This document shows positions 20,355 through 28,997 of a stretch of 64,000 nucleotides of DNA, piece by piece (position 1 is the first letter of the stretch; every line of letters starts with the position of its first letter). The stretch lies in IMG/VR virus record IMGVR_UViG_3300046787_000408, positions 186,001-250,000 of that record; one strand, 5' to 3'. Made by a program: the position numbers and the translations under genes. The notes beneath the pieces were generated by a model that saw only the letters and a list, made by a program, of their open reading frames with translations, ran no database searches and had not been told where the DNA came from.

Positions 20355-20591
20355 ATGGAACATCCTTTAATTGGTAATCTTGACGAGTACACTGAGGAAC
20401 AGCTCAGTGCTCGTATCAATGAGTTAAACAACAAACTGGGCATTGCTGCCCGAACTGGTAACGGCCATTTGTGTAATCAACTACGCATGGCAATTGAAAC
20501 ATATCAATCCAAATATCGCCAAAAGGTGCAGGAAAATCTAGCCAAGCACTTGAAAGGCACTAACTTTGACGACAAGATCAACATCAAATGA
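20355..20591 (+). CDS. hypothetical helical protein
   Basis: 78 aa. Confidence 0.7.
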   Translation: MEHPLIGNLDEYTEEQLSARINELNNKLGIAARTGNGHLCNQLRMAIETYQSKYRQKVQENLAKHLKGTNFDDKINIK

Positions 20592-21184
20592 ACGTTAGAC
20601 TACAATACGACTTAGAATTCTTGGGTGGTATCTACTACCAAGAACTGTTGCAACTCAATCAATACCGCGTGAGTTTGAGTCTTACTACTCAGACCAAGAA
20701 CCCTGCTGACACCAATATTGCCATGGACAGGCTCAAGTGCTTTGTACTTGGCGAATTGGAGAGCACAGTGTTTATCAACCAGTCTATGTTGGAACGCGGT
20801 GAGCTCATGAGCATGATGGGTATAAACATTACCACCTTGCCCGAAGAACCAGTAGATCAAATTATTGGTATCATGTTGTTTCAAAAGCTCAATGCTATCA
20901 TGGAAGGACGCATGACTGTGGACAGTCTAGATATCTCCAGTAGTCTAGGCGACAATGTATGGTATCAACACGACATTGAAGATGCGCTGGGTCCATTTAA
21001 TCAACCAGGCTGGTGGGACGATCCAGGTCCCGGACACTCACTATTGCCATTGAACAATACTGATAATGTGGTCAAGATCACTGACAATCAATGGCGAGAA
21101 TACGATCTTGAATGGCCTGAAGAAACAGCCGAGCATTCTGGTAACACTGTGGTATTTGCAAATTTTCCAAAAAATGAGAACTGA
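20588..21184 (+). CDS. hypothetical protein (possible degenerate T-fold)
   Basis: 198 aa, overlapping operon. Confidence 0.7.
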   Translation: MNVRLQYDLEFLGGIYYQELLQLNQYRVSLSLTTQTKNPADTNIAMDRLKCFVLGELESTVFINQSMLERGELMSMMGINITTLPEEPVDQIIGIMLFQKLNAIMEGRMTVDSLDISSSLGDNVWYQHDIEDALGPFNQPGWWDDPGPGHSLLPLNNTDNVVKITDNQWREYDLEWPEETAEHSGNTVVFANFPKNEN

Positions 21185-21692
21185 CAAATTTGGCCAAATG
21201 ATATTTGGTGAACAAGATGTCATGAACCTGTACTTACAAGGTCATGACTTTGAAATCTTGAATCACTTGTTGGTAGACAACAGCATTGACCTAGAAACTG
21301 CTGCACACATTCTTGACAACGTGCCTGCGTTTGTTCGCTACGACGAGCTGGCACAGCAACAATCAGTAGAAGAATGGGATCATCGTTGTCAAGCCAACTG
21401 GTACATGCCTCAAGAGTACAAAGATCTTGACATTGCTGCTCATGTGCTGAGCTTGTGTCACAGCGATGTTGAATTACAACGTTGTGGACAGGAACTCATG
21501 TTGTTTCAAGAACGCAACTTGTTTGATCTGTTACGATATCTCAAGTACCTAGTAGATGTAATGACTCACAATAGACTGATTTGGGGTGTGGGTCGCGGAA
21601 GCAGCGTGGCCAGTTATGTGTTATACAAACTGGGCGTACACAGAATAGACAGCTTGTACTACGAATTAGATCCTGCTGAGTTTCTGCGTTAA
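21174..21692 (+). CDS. dnaE: stand-alone DNA polymerase III alpha (family C) fragment
   Basis: LVDVMTHNRLIWGVGRGSSVASYVLYKLGVHRIDSLYYELDPAEFL matches DnaE GPGRGS..GSLV.Y.LGIT..DP...LLFERFL. Confidence 0.8.
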   Translation: MRTDKFGQMIFGEQDVMNLYLQGHDFEILNHLLVDNSIDLETAAHILDNVPAFVRYDELAQQQSVEEWDHRCQANWYMPQEYKDLDIAAHVLSLCHSDVELQRCGQELMLFQERNLFDLLRYLKYLVDVMTHNRLIWGVGRGSSVASYVLYKLGVHRIDSLYYELDPAEFLR

Positions 21693-21714
21693 ATATTGTT
21701 TTAAGGAGATGGTT

Positions 21715-21918
21715 ATGACCAGCAAAGTATACAAAACAGCACAGGGTAAAACTGTGGACATGGGTCGCTTGGCCTTGCAAAATGAAAATGTACGGGCAGT
21801 AGGCAACATGAAAGTCAACGCTCGCGGAGACATTGTGGATGACATGAACCGTGTGATTTCTAAAAAGACTGACCAAGTGCAAAAACAGTACAACAATCAA
21901 ACCAGCAACAGAAAGTAA
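21715..21918 (+). CDS. hypothetical protein
   Basis: SD AAGGAG, TAAATA at 21690. Confidence 0.7.
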   Translation: MTSKVYKTAQGKTVDMGRLALQNENVRAVGNMKVNARGDIVDDMNRVISKKTDQVQKQYNNQTSNRK

Positions 21919-21920
21919 TT

Positions 21921-22325
21921 ATGACGGCTAAAGCAGCTTTTTCAGCACATCGTATCGATCGATCACAACTCAAGCCCTTGCGAGACGCTGTGATTGTGAG
22001 TGAAATGAATTTTGAGGAACGACTTTCAAATGGTGGCATTGTACTGGTCAAAGACAATGGCAAAAGCTCAGGTATTCGTCCACGGTGGGGCAAGGTATAC
22101 GCCGTGGGACCTGACCAACATGAGGTCAAAGTTGGTACCTGGATCTGTGTAGAACATGGCCGTTGGACACGTGGAATCGACATTGAAGACGAAACAGGCA
22201 AGCAAACACTACGCAGAGTTGACCCCAAAGACATCATGATGGAGTCTGATGACATGCCAGCAGATGTTACCTTTTCGGATGCTATTCATGTGGAAGCCAA
22301 ACCAGACTGGATGCAGCATAATTGA
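21921..22325 (+). CDS. groES: GroES-like co-chaperonin
   Basis: LKPLRDAVIV ... GGIVL ... GKVYAVGP ... VKVG. Confidence 0.85.
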   Translation: MTAKAAFSAHRIDRSQLKPLRDAVIVSEMNFEERLSNGGIVLVKDNGKSSGIRPRWGKVYAVGPDQHEVKVGTWICVEHGRWTRGIDIEDETGKQTLRRVDPKDIMMESDDMPADVTFSDAIHVEAKPDWMQHN

Positions 22326-22364
22326 TTATCAAATCGATAGACACAAAATAGGAATTAATGTAAA

Positions 22365-22556
22365 ATGAGTAAAGGATCAAGACCACGTCCATTGAGTATT
22401 CCCATTGCGGAACTCAACAACAGACTGGACACTATCTTTGGCGAGAAGCCACCAAAGCCGCGCTGGGTGCCACCACCTTTGCCGGAAGACATGCAAAATA
22501 TCGAATCATCATTTGAAAAGCAACTTGGTAAAAATATCCCACAAGGAAGAACATGA
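22365..22556 (+). CDS. hypothetical protein
   Basis: 63 aa, MSKGSRPRP start. Confidence 0.55.
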   Translation: MSKGSRPRPLSIPIAELNNRLDTIFGEKPPKPRWVPPPLPEDMQNIESSFEKQLGKNIPQGRT

Positions 22557-23476
22557 AACAATTATGGGTAGAACAGTATAGGCCAAACACCGTAGACGGA
22601 TATGTGTTTGTTGATGACTCGCAACGAGAACAAGTACAGGCCTGGATTCGTGATGGATCCATTCCGCACTTGATGTTGTCGGGGTCAGCAGGCACAGGTA
22701 AAACTACTCTAGCCAAGCTCTTGATCAACGAGCTGGGAGTAGACGAGTACGATGTGATGTATGCTAACGGTTCTAAAGAAGCTCGCAAGGTAGAGTGGGT
22801 AGACAAGCTGATCAGCTTTTGCCAAACCATGCCGTTTGGCAAGTTCAAGGTGGTGCTTATTGACGAAGCAGACTACATGAACCCAAACTCGGTGCAGCCT
22901 GCCTTGCGTAATCTAATGGAAGACTATTCCGCTAGTGTGCGCTTTATTCTAACTTGCAACTTTCCCAACAAGATTATTGCTCCTTTACACAGTCGTTGTC
23001 AAGGTTTTCACATTACCAAGACTGATCACACAGAATTCACTGCTAGAGTTGCCACTGTGCTGGTAACTGAAGGCGTAGAGTTTGATCTTGATGTACTAGA
23101 CACTTATGTCAAAGCAACTTATCCTGATTTGCGTAAGTGTTTGAATCTCACACAAATGAACAGTCAGACAGGTACATTGAGTGCTCCTGGTGACAGTGAT
23201 AAGTCAGTCCGTGACTGGAAGCTGGACTGTGTGGACTTGTTCAAACGTGGCAAGGTACGTGAGGCTCGCACCTTGTTGTGCCAAAGCTCTAGTCCAGAAG
23301 AAGCAGAAGAAGTGTTCCGCTGGATGTATGACAACTTGGATTTGTGGGGTGACACTGTGGAGCGACAGGATCAAGCTATTGTGATCATCCGTAACGGACT
23401 CGTAAACAACAACGCTGTGGCAGATGTAGAGATCAACTTGAGCGCTACACTAATTGAACTGGGACAAATTGAATGA
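22553..23476 (+). CDS. sliding-clamp loader AAA+ subunit (T4 gp44/RFC-like)
   Basis: LWVEQYRP, GSAGTGKTT, VLIDEAD, FILTCN, LHSRC. Confidence 0.92.
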   Translation: MKQLWVEQYRPNTVDGYVFVDDSQREQVQAWIRDGSIPHLMLSGSAGTGKTTLAKLLINELGVDEYDVMYANGSKEARKVEWVDKLISFCQTMPFGKFKVVLIDEADYMNPNSVQPALRNLMEDYSASVRFILTCNFPNKIIAPLHSRCQGFHITKTDHTEFTARVATVLVTEGVEFDLDVLDTYVKATYPDLRKCLNLTQMNSQTGTLSAPGDSDKSVRDWKLDCVDLFKRGKVREARTLLCQSSSPEEAEEVFRWMYDNLDLWGDTVERQDQAIVIIRNGLVNNNAVADVEINLSATLIELGQIE

Positions 23477-23787
23477 GATATTTACTGTTAACTTATTATA
23501 CCAAACCTGATGGAAAAATTGACGAGTCCATGGCTGTGAGCAAGCGGGTCAAGACCAGCGATTTACAAACAGCCAGCGTGATCTTGGACTTTAAAAAACT
23601 GCAAGTGGTCAAGGCCAGCATGGGCGGTACTACTGTACCACGTGACTGGGATCGAATTGTGAGTTATTATCATCAGCACTATGCATCAACAATCGAACGA
23701 TTGTTCAAAGAAAACGGCTACGAAATTGTCAAGCCCGAAACTGCAACGCAAGATACTGTTGCAGTAACATCTGATCAACCAGCTTGA
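23473..23787 (+). CDS. hypothetical protein
   Basis: 104 aa, ATGA overlap. Confidence 0.7.
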   Translation: MRYLLLTYYTKPDGKIDESMAVSKRVKTSDLQTASVILDFKKLQVVKASMGGTTVPRDWDRIVSYYHQHYASTIERLFKENGYEIVKPETATQDTVAVTSDQPA

Positions 23788-23816
23788 TCAATACTTTTAA
23801 AATATCAAGTAAACCC

Positions 23817-24704
23817 ATGATTAAAAAACTTCTATCCATCGCAGTGCTGCTAACATCGTTGGCAGCAAATGCACAAGAAAAAATCACAGTGCAATGGGCG
23901 TTTAGTCCAAGCTCTACCTCAGCAAACTCAGTGCGTGTTATATGCGATGAGTTGAACAAAATGCAAAACAAATATACATTTTTGTTTTCAAACAAACCAG
24001 GTGCTGGCGGAACTATTGCTGCCAATGCAGTAACTGCTAGCCCAGAAAATACCTTGGTTGCAATGAGTTCAAGTTTTATTGTTAGGCCTTACTTTGAAAA
24101 GACCGAACCCACACACAACTTGGACAATTTTGTGCCGGTACTGGTACAAGGTATTGGCAGTCCGTTGTCAATCGCTAGCGCCAAACACACCACAATGGCC
24201 GAAGTGTATGCCAACCCCAAACTCACTATTGGTGTAAGTGGAGTTGGTAGTATTGGACACTTGACTGCTAATGAAATCACAAATGTCAACAAAACAGCAA
24301 CTATTGCAAACTTCAAGAGCAATATTGAAGCTGCCACTGCGGTTGCAGGTGGTCATGTGGACATTTCTGTAACGTTTGCTTCAGATGTAGCACCGTTTGT
24401 GGAGTCTAATAAACTTGCTGTGCTGGGACGAACTGGTCCAGGGACTCAACTCAAACAGATTCCCGACGCAGAAAAACTAGCGGCAAACTATGCTATTTTT
24501 GCCAGTACTGCAATGAGTGCTGATAGGTTTAAAGAACTACATCAGTTGTTGGCCACAGTAAATGCCAGCCCAGCAGTGGTCAACAGTTATAAATCAGATC
24601 AATTGCATCCAGTGGCGCTTAACATTGATCAGTCTCGTGCCTGGTACACAAACGAACGTGCTTTTTGGAAAAAGCAGGTTGACAAGATTTCTAAAACAAA
24701 ATAA
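23817..24704 (+). CDS. Bug/TctC-family periplasmic solute-binding protein
   Basis: Signal peptide; NKPGAGGTIA; GSIGHL; AVAGGHVDI. Confidence 0.8.
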   Translation: MIKKLLSIAVLLTSLAANAQEKITVQWAFSPSSTSANSVRVICDELNKMQNKYTFLFSNKPGAGGTIAANAVTASPENTLVAMSSSFIVRPYFEKTEPTHNLDNFVPVLVQGIGSPLSIASAKHTTMAEVYANPKLTIGVSGVGSIGHLTANEITNVNKTATIANFKSNIEAATAVAGGHVDISVTFASDVAPFVESNKLAVLGRTGPGTQLKQIPDAEKLAANYAIFASTAMSADRFKELHQLLATVNASPAVVNSYKSDQLHPVALNIDQSRAWYTNERAFWKKQVDKISKTK

Positions 24705-24721
24705 CTTATCTATAGTGTAAA

Positions 24722-24747
24722 ACTTGCACATCCTAGGATGTGCAAGT
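24722..24747. terminator. perfect 26-bp palindrome between convergent genes
   Basis: ACTTGCACATCCTAGGATGTGCAAGT is self-complementary. Confidence 0.6.
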
Positions 24748-24754
24748 GTATAGG

Positions 24755-25492
24755 TTATTTGCTGTATAACTTTAGTACATCTCCTATGATCTTGTGTCGC
24801 TGTACATCACGTGCTTCCATAGCACAAACAGCGATACCGTTAACTTGATATCTTTGCAGACGATCACACAAGTCCATCAAGCCGTTGTCGCCATTGTTGC
24901 GATCAGCTTGCTCAACGTCTCCTGTTATCACAATCTTGCTATTCGTACCTATGCGGGTCATTAACATCTTGGCCTGGGCTGGAGTTGCATTTTGCATTTC
25001 GTCAGCTATAATCCACGAGTTTTTAAAGGTGCGGCCGCGCATGAATGCCAGAGGCGCAATTTCCACTACCTGATCTTCTATCATGGCTGCAATGTCCTGG
25101 GCGCGATAATATTCACGCATGACATCCAGCAAAGGACGAGTCCATGGTTCCATTTTGGCCACTAGGTTGCCGGGGAGGAAACCGTGTTGTTCCCCTTCTA
25201 CGCCTACCGCAGGGCGTGTCATAACGATTCTATCACAAGTTCCTTCTCTAAGTGCTTTTACTGCTGCTTGCATGGCTAGATAAGTTTTGCCAGTACCTGC
25301 AGGGCCAGTTGTGACTACAATATGTTGCGCTGGATCTAAGAGAGCCATTACCAAGCGTTCTTGATTTCGTGTTCGAGGGATCAAGTCTATGCGGCGCTGT
25401 GCCACTTTAGGTGCTTGGTTAAAACTAATGGTGTTTTCTTGGGTCTGCGTCATACGTTTGTTGTGTGCCTTGGCGGCGCGGTTTCTACTCAA
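24755..25492 (-). CDS. phoH: PhoH-like ATPase
   Basis: GPAGTGKTYLA, TRPAV, GFLPG, PLAFMRGRTF, DEMQN, GDVEQAD. Confidence 0.95.
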   Translation of the reverse strand: MSRNRAAKAHNKRMTQTQENTISFNQAPKVAQRRIDLIPRTRNQERLVMALLDPAQHIVVTTGPAGTGKTYLAMQAAVKALREGTCDRIVMTRPAVGVEGEQHGFLPGNLVAKMEPWTRPLLDVMREYYRAQDIAAMIEDQVVEIAPLAFMRGRTFKNSWIIADEMQNATPAQAKMLMTRIGTNSKIVITGDVEQADRNNGDNGLMDLCDRLQRYQVNGIAVCAMEARDVQRHKIIGDVLKLYSK

Positions 25493-25656
25493 AGTGTGTA
25501 CTCCTAGTTGTGTCCTTGCTTGGACCTAGATATTTACGGTCACAAAAAAATCAAGATATGTGGACACATTTCTCCTGTTTGTTCGACTAAGTATTAGGCT
25601 GTCCACAGTCAAATATCAAATTCTACCACTGTAGCCATTTGACTAAATATACGACC

Positions 25657-26256
25657 ATGGACAAAGAACTTTTTAAGAACAATGAAGATTATTGGCAGGT
25701 CGCCGACAACATCCGCGACATCTACATGTCAGAAGGAACTATTACCACACTACTTGACTTTGAGCGAGTGCTTGATGAAGTAGATGTGTATGCGTTCAAG
25801 AACTGGGAAATTGGTGAACTAGTTGCTGGTCCTGAAATCTCAAAGTACAGAGTGGCTTGCACCTTTATGTGGCCTGAAAAACTCATGCCTGATCCACGTG
25901 GCGGCCGTAGACTGTTACCGTTTGATTGTGAAGTCAGTTATCGCAAGGTAGAAATGAAAATACCAATCAAGATTGAGGACCCGTCAGACTACCGCGAAGG
26001 CACCAAAAAAGCTCGCATTATTGAAAAGCCTGTGTGGCTGGTAGAAATAGTCATGCCCAAGAGTCTCATGAGTGATATTCGTACTGGTAGTATTGAAATG
26101 GAAGACCAAGACATTGATCTTGAAGAATTGGATCAAGCCTATGAGCAGGATCTTGACAAGGAAGAGTCACAAAGCGATGAGCAAGCACAAGATGCACAAG
26201 CAGACTTGACAGCTCAACCAGGACAAGCCCCACAACCCGCAGCAGGAGCAATTTGA
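25657..26256 (+). CDS. hypothetical protein (acidic tail)
   Basis: TAAATA at 25644; start MDKELF. Confidence 0.75.
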   Translation: MDKELFKNNEDYWQVADNIRDIYMSEGTITTLLDFERVLDEVDVYAFKNWEIGELVAGPEISKYRVACTFMWPEKLMPDPRGGRRLLPFDCEVSYRKVEMKIPIKIEDPSDYREGTKKARIIEKPVWLVEIVMPKSLMSDIRTGSIEMEDQDIDLEELDQAYEQDLDKEESQSDEQAQDAQADLTAQPGQAPQPAAGAI

Positions 26257-26795
26257 TGTTTGAACATTTATTAGAAGGTCTGCAATACAAAGACCTAGAC
26301 GGCATGATGAAGAGCACCGTTCACATTGATGAATTTGCCAGCAAAATGGGCGATGATGATGACATCATTGTACTGAGCTTTTTTGTACGTGATCTACAAG
26401 CAGCCAAGGATCTTGTAAACTGGTTTGAAAAGGGCTATGACTTTGTGTTGGACGCTGATCGCTCACCAGGTGAAATCAAACCCAGTCGCTACTTGGTGTA
26501 TGTAGAGATTCGTCGTCGCTCAAGTGCGCCCGGAGCTGTACAAACATTGTTGGACGATCTTGGCACCTTGACAGAATTTGAACCCGGTGACTGGCAGATG
26601 CGTTACCAAGGTCGCACACAGCCCTGGAGCGAAGAAGCATTTGCCAAAGCAGTGCCCTTGACTCCCAATGCATACAGACAAGCCAATCAAGGCGAACTAA
26701 ACGAAATGCGAGCAGCAGCAGGCTTGGCACATCGTCCAGTACATGTACCTTCAGCAGAAGTACGTTCACTACAAAGTATGGCAGGCATCCGATGA
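26256..26795 (+). CDS. hypothetical protein
   Basis: 179 aa, tight coupling. Confidence 0.75.
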   Translation: MFEHLLEGLQYKDLDGMMKSTVHIDEFASKMGDDDDIIVLSFFVRDLQAAKDLVNWFEKGYDFVLDADRSPGEIKPSRYLVYVEIRRRSSAPGAVQTLLDDLGTLTEFEPGDWQMRYQGRTQPWSEEAFAKAVPLTPNAYRQANQGELNEMRAAAGLAHRPVHVPSAEVRSLQSMAGIR

Positions 26796-27928
26796 GAGCA
26801 AACCAATTTATATCCAATGATAGTGACGCAATGCGCAAACCAACTTCAGAGTCTGTGGCAGGACCTGAAAAGTGCTGGCCCGGATACCGCAAGGTAGGAA
26901 CACAACCTGGCACAGGTAAGAACGCTGGCAAGCGTGTGAACGACTGCGAAAAGATCAAAGAAGATGACGTGGCTGAAGGCATTCTTAATAAAATTGCCAA
27001 CAAAGTAATGGGTGCTGCTCCGGAACAACCAAAGTACAAAGTTGGCCAACGAGTCAAGTACGAAACAAGTCCGCAGCAACCTGATTGGGAAGATGGCGGC
27101 AGTGGCGTCGGCGTAATAACTTCTTACAAGAATGGTCACTATATGATTAACGGTAATCCAGTTAATCACTTTGAGATTAAAGGTGTGGTAGAGCAAGGCG
27201 TGGCGGAAGGCTGGGTTGATACTATCAAAAATATATTCAAGCGTAAACCAAAGGACAATCGAACCGTGTTTGACAGAGATCCAGAAGCAATGCGTGAATT
27301 TGAACGATCAGGTGGATACGAAGCCGGCTTAGATATCATGGGTTGGCAAATAGGTTGGTTTGCTGCCGAACACGCCCAAGGTGATACGATGCAACAAGCG
27401 TTTTCAAAGTTATATTACGGCGGCGGTAGCCCAATGCCGTTTGATAATCGTTCATTCAAGCTAGCATGGGTAGCATACAACAAACACCACGGTCCTCAAA
27501 TAGCAGAGCAAGGTGTGGCGGAAGGCAACTATGACAGAGATGACTACTACAATGCACGTCAAGGTAGAGAATACGGCAAAGACCTAACTGCCACAGGCTA
27601 TGGCGGTGATGGATCAAAAACTCGTCGAGATGACATCTTCAAAGGACAAAGCAAACGCTTGCCCGCAGATCCTTTTGCTCGTACCAGTGGTGCTGTGCCA
27701 AAAAGTGGTACAGGACGAATTCACAGCAATGCACTACCTGGCGAAATGGATGAAGCCAACGATCAAAAGATTGGTGGACGTTATGATGCTGACGACTTTG
27801 ATGACATGGTGTCAAGACTGAAAAAATTAGCGGGCGCAGGTCCCATGAAAACAGTATACGATCCTAACCGTCGCGTGTACCGCAACATGCCCACAGCACA
27901 ACAACCTGCACAACAGCCCAAAAAATGA
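26792..27928 (+). CDS. modular protein, putative capsid internal polyprotein
   Basis: MRANQFI start; three (Q/D)GVAEG-type junctions separating unrelated modules. Confidence 0.75.
   Translation: MRANQFISNDSDAMRKPTSESVAGPEKCWPGYRKVGTQPGTGKNAGKRVNDCEKIKEDDVAEGILNKIANKVMGAAPEQPKYKVGQRVKYETSPQQPDWEDGGSGVGVITSYKNGHYMINGNPVNHFEIKGVVEQGVAEGWVDTIKNIFKRKPKDNRTVFDRDPEAMREFERSGGYEAGLDIMGWQIGWFAAEHAQGDTMQQAFSKLYYGGGSPMPFDNRSFKLAWVAYNKHHGPQIAEQGVAEGNYDRDDYYNARQGREYGKDLTATGYGGDGSKTRRDDIFKGQSKRLPADPFARTSGAVPKSGTGRIHSNALPGEMDEANDQKIGGRYDADDFDDMVSRLKKLAGAGPMKTVYDPNRRVYRNMPTAQQPAQQPKK
27190..27211 (+). repeat. QGVAEG DNA repeat copy
   Basis: AGAGCAAGGCGTGGCGGAAGGC. Confidence 0.9.
27505..27526 (+). repeat. 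QGVAEG DNA repeat copy
   Basis: AGAGCAAGGTGTGGCGGAAGGC. Confidence 0.9.
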
Positions 27929-28212
27929 GAGCTAACGAATTCATTTCAGAAAAATGGAGCAAAAAGTACAAACGCTCCATTGACTGTTCACGACCACAAG
28001 GATTTAGCCAACGTGCGCATTGCCAGGGTCGTGCAAAAAATGAAGATGAACAACTGGATGAGTTGCAATTTCTAGGTTCTGAATGCACCAAGGACTGTTC
28101 AGGACACCGTGCAGGCTACGACTGGTCAGCACGTAAAGGCAACATTCAAGGCAACAGTCCTTATAGCCCAAGTTTCAATAAAGGCGCTAATCTCCGCGCT
28201 GCTGGGAAGTAA
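27925..28212 (+). CDS. small two-module basic/Cys protein, putative internal protein
   Basis: MRANEFISE start; modules separated by QLDEL. Confidence 0.75.
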   Translation: MRANEFISEKWSKKYKRSIDCSRPQGFSQRAHCQGRAKNEDEQLDELQFLGSECTKDCSGHRAGYDWSARKGNIQGNSPYSPSFNKGANLRAAGK

Positions 28213-28947
28213 TCACCGTTTGGTATACACAAAATACAACCTACCTAGTTCGGTAGGTTCTTTTTTGAATGTGTCTAAAGTTAGGTCGTAGCGTTCAGCA
28301 AACTGATTCACAATTTCAAATGTCCAAGGAAAGATATCCACATACGGACCTGTCTTGTGTGGAATACCTGGGTTGGCTCGCAAAAAGAACTTGCCTCCGG
28401 GACGTAACAGATTTACACAATGCGCAAATCGTGCTTCAATTTCGTCTTGTGAATTAAAGTTAATGCTGCCCAAGGCAATGATCACATCATGTGATTCAGG
28501 CTTGACTTTGTAGTCCAAGATATCTACTTCGTAATCTGCTGCATCATTGTAAGGATCAATGCCAATAATGTTGTTGATGCGTCCCTTGAATGGATGGTAT
28601 CCGCAGCCCACATCCAGTACCTTTTCAGGGTTGAGTTTGTTTACTTCTTCTACCAGAGCCCAACCTGAGTGATCGTACTCGCCTGTTCTAGGACGCCAGA
28701 TTTCACTAAAGAAACGATGTGTGTAACGTTCACTTAGATCCGCAACAATATCTTGTAGTGTACCGCGATACTCGCAAGGTAAAGCAAGCTCTGCTTCTAC
28801 TGCATCCTTGAACTTTGAGTATCGTGCTGGGGTCCATGGTAGCAAATTAACCACAGTGTCTGACGTGATAGAAATATCTGCATACTTGGGCAAATTAAAT
28901 GCTTCTTGCAAATTTTTTGTAATTAGGTTAAAAATTTTGGTATTCAT
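28213..28947 (-). CDS. class I SAM-dependent methyltransferase with extra N-terminal helical domain
   Basis: VLDVGCG, IGIDP, DVIIALGSI, LLRPGG. Confidence 0.85.
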   Translation of the reverse strand: MNTKIFNLITKNLQEAFNLPKYADISITSDTVVNLLPWTPARYSKFKDAVEAELALPCEYRGTLQDIVADLSERYTHRFFSEIWRPRTGEYDHSGWALVEEVNKLNPEKVLDVGCGYHPFKGRINNIIGIDPYNDAADYEVDILDYKVKPESHDVIIALGSINFNSQDEIEARFAHCVNLLRPGGKFFLRANPGIPHKTGPYVDIFPWTFEIVNQFAERYDLTLDTFKKEPTELGRLYFVYTKR

Positions 28948-28997
28948 AGGAAATTTTGATATATAAGTTAGATTTCAGTACTATTTAAGGAGTTTGC

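Noticed and set aside
21692-21920. Intron or intein continuation of dnaE
   Set aside because: The fragment ends in TAA followed by a late motif and an unrelated ORF; no splicing or intein terminal motifs seen.
27190-27526. QGVAEG repeats as a CRISPR array
   Set aside because: Spacers are about 160-290 nt, variable, in-frame coding and dispersed over three genes; no cas genes.
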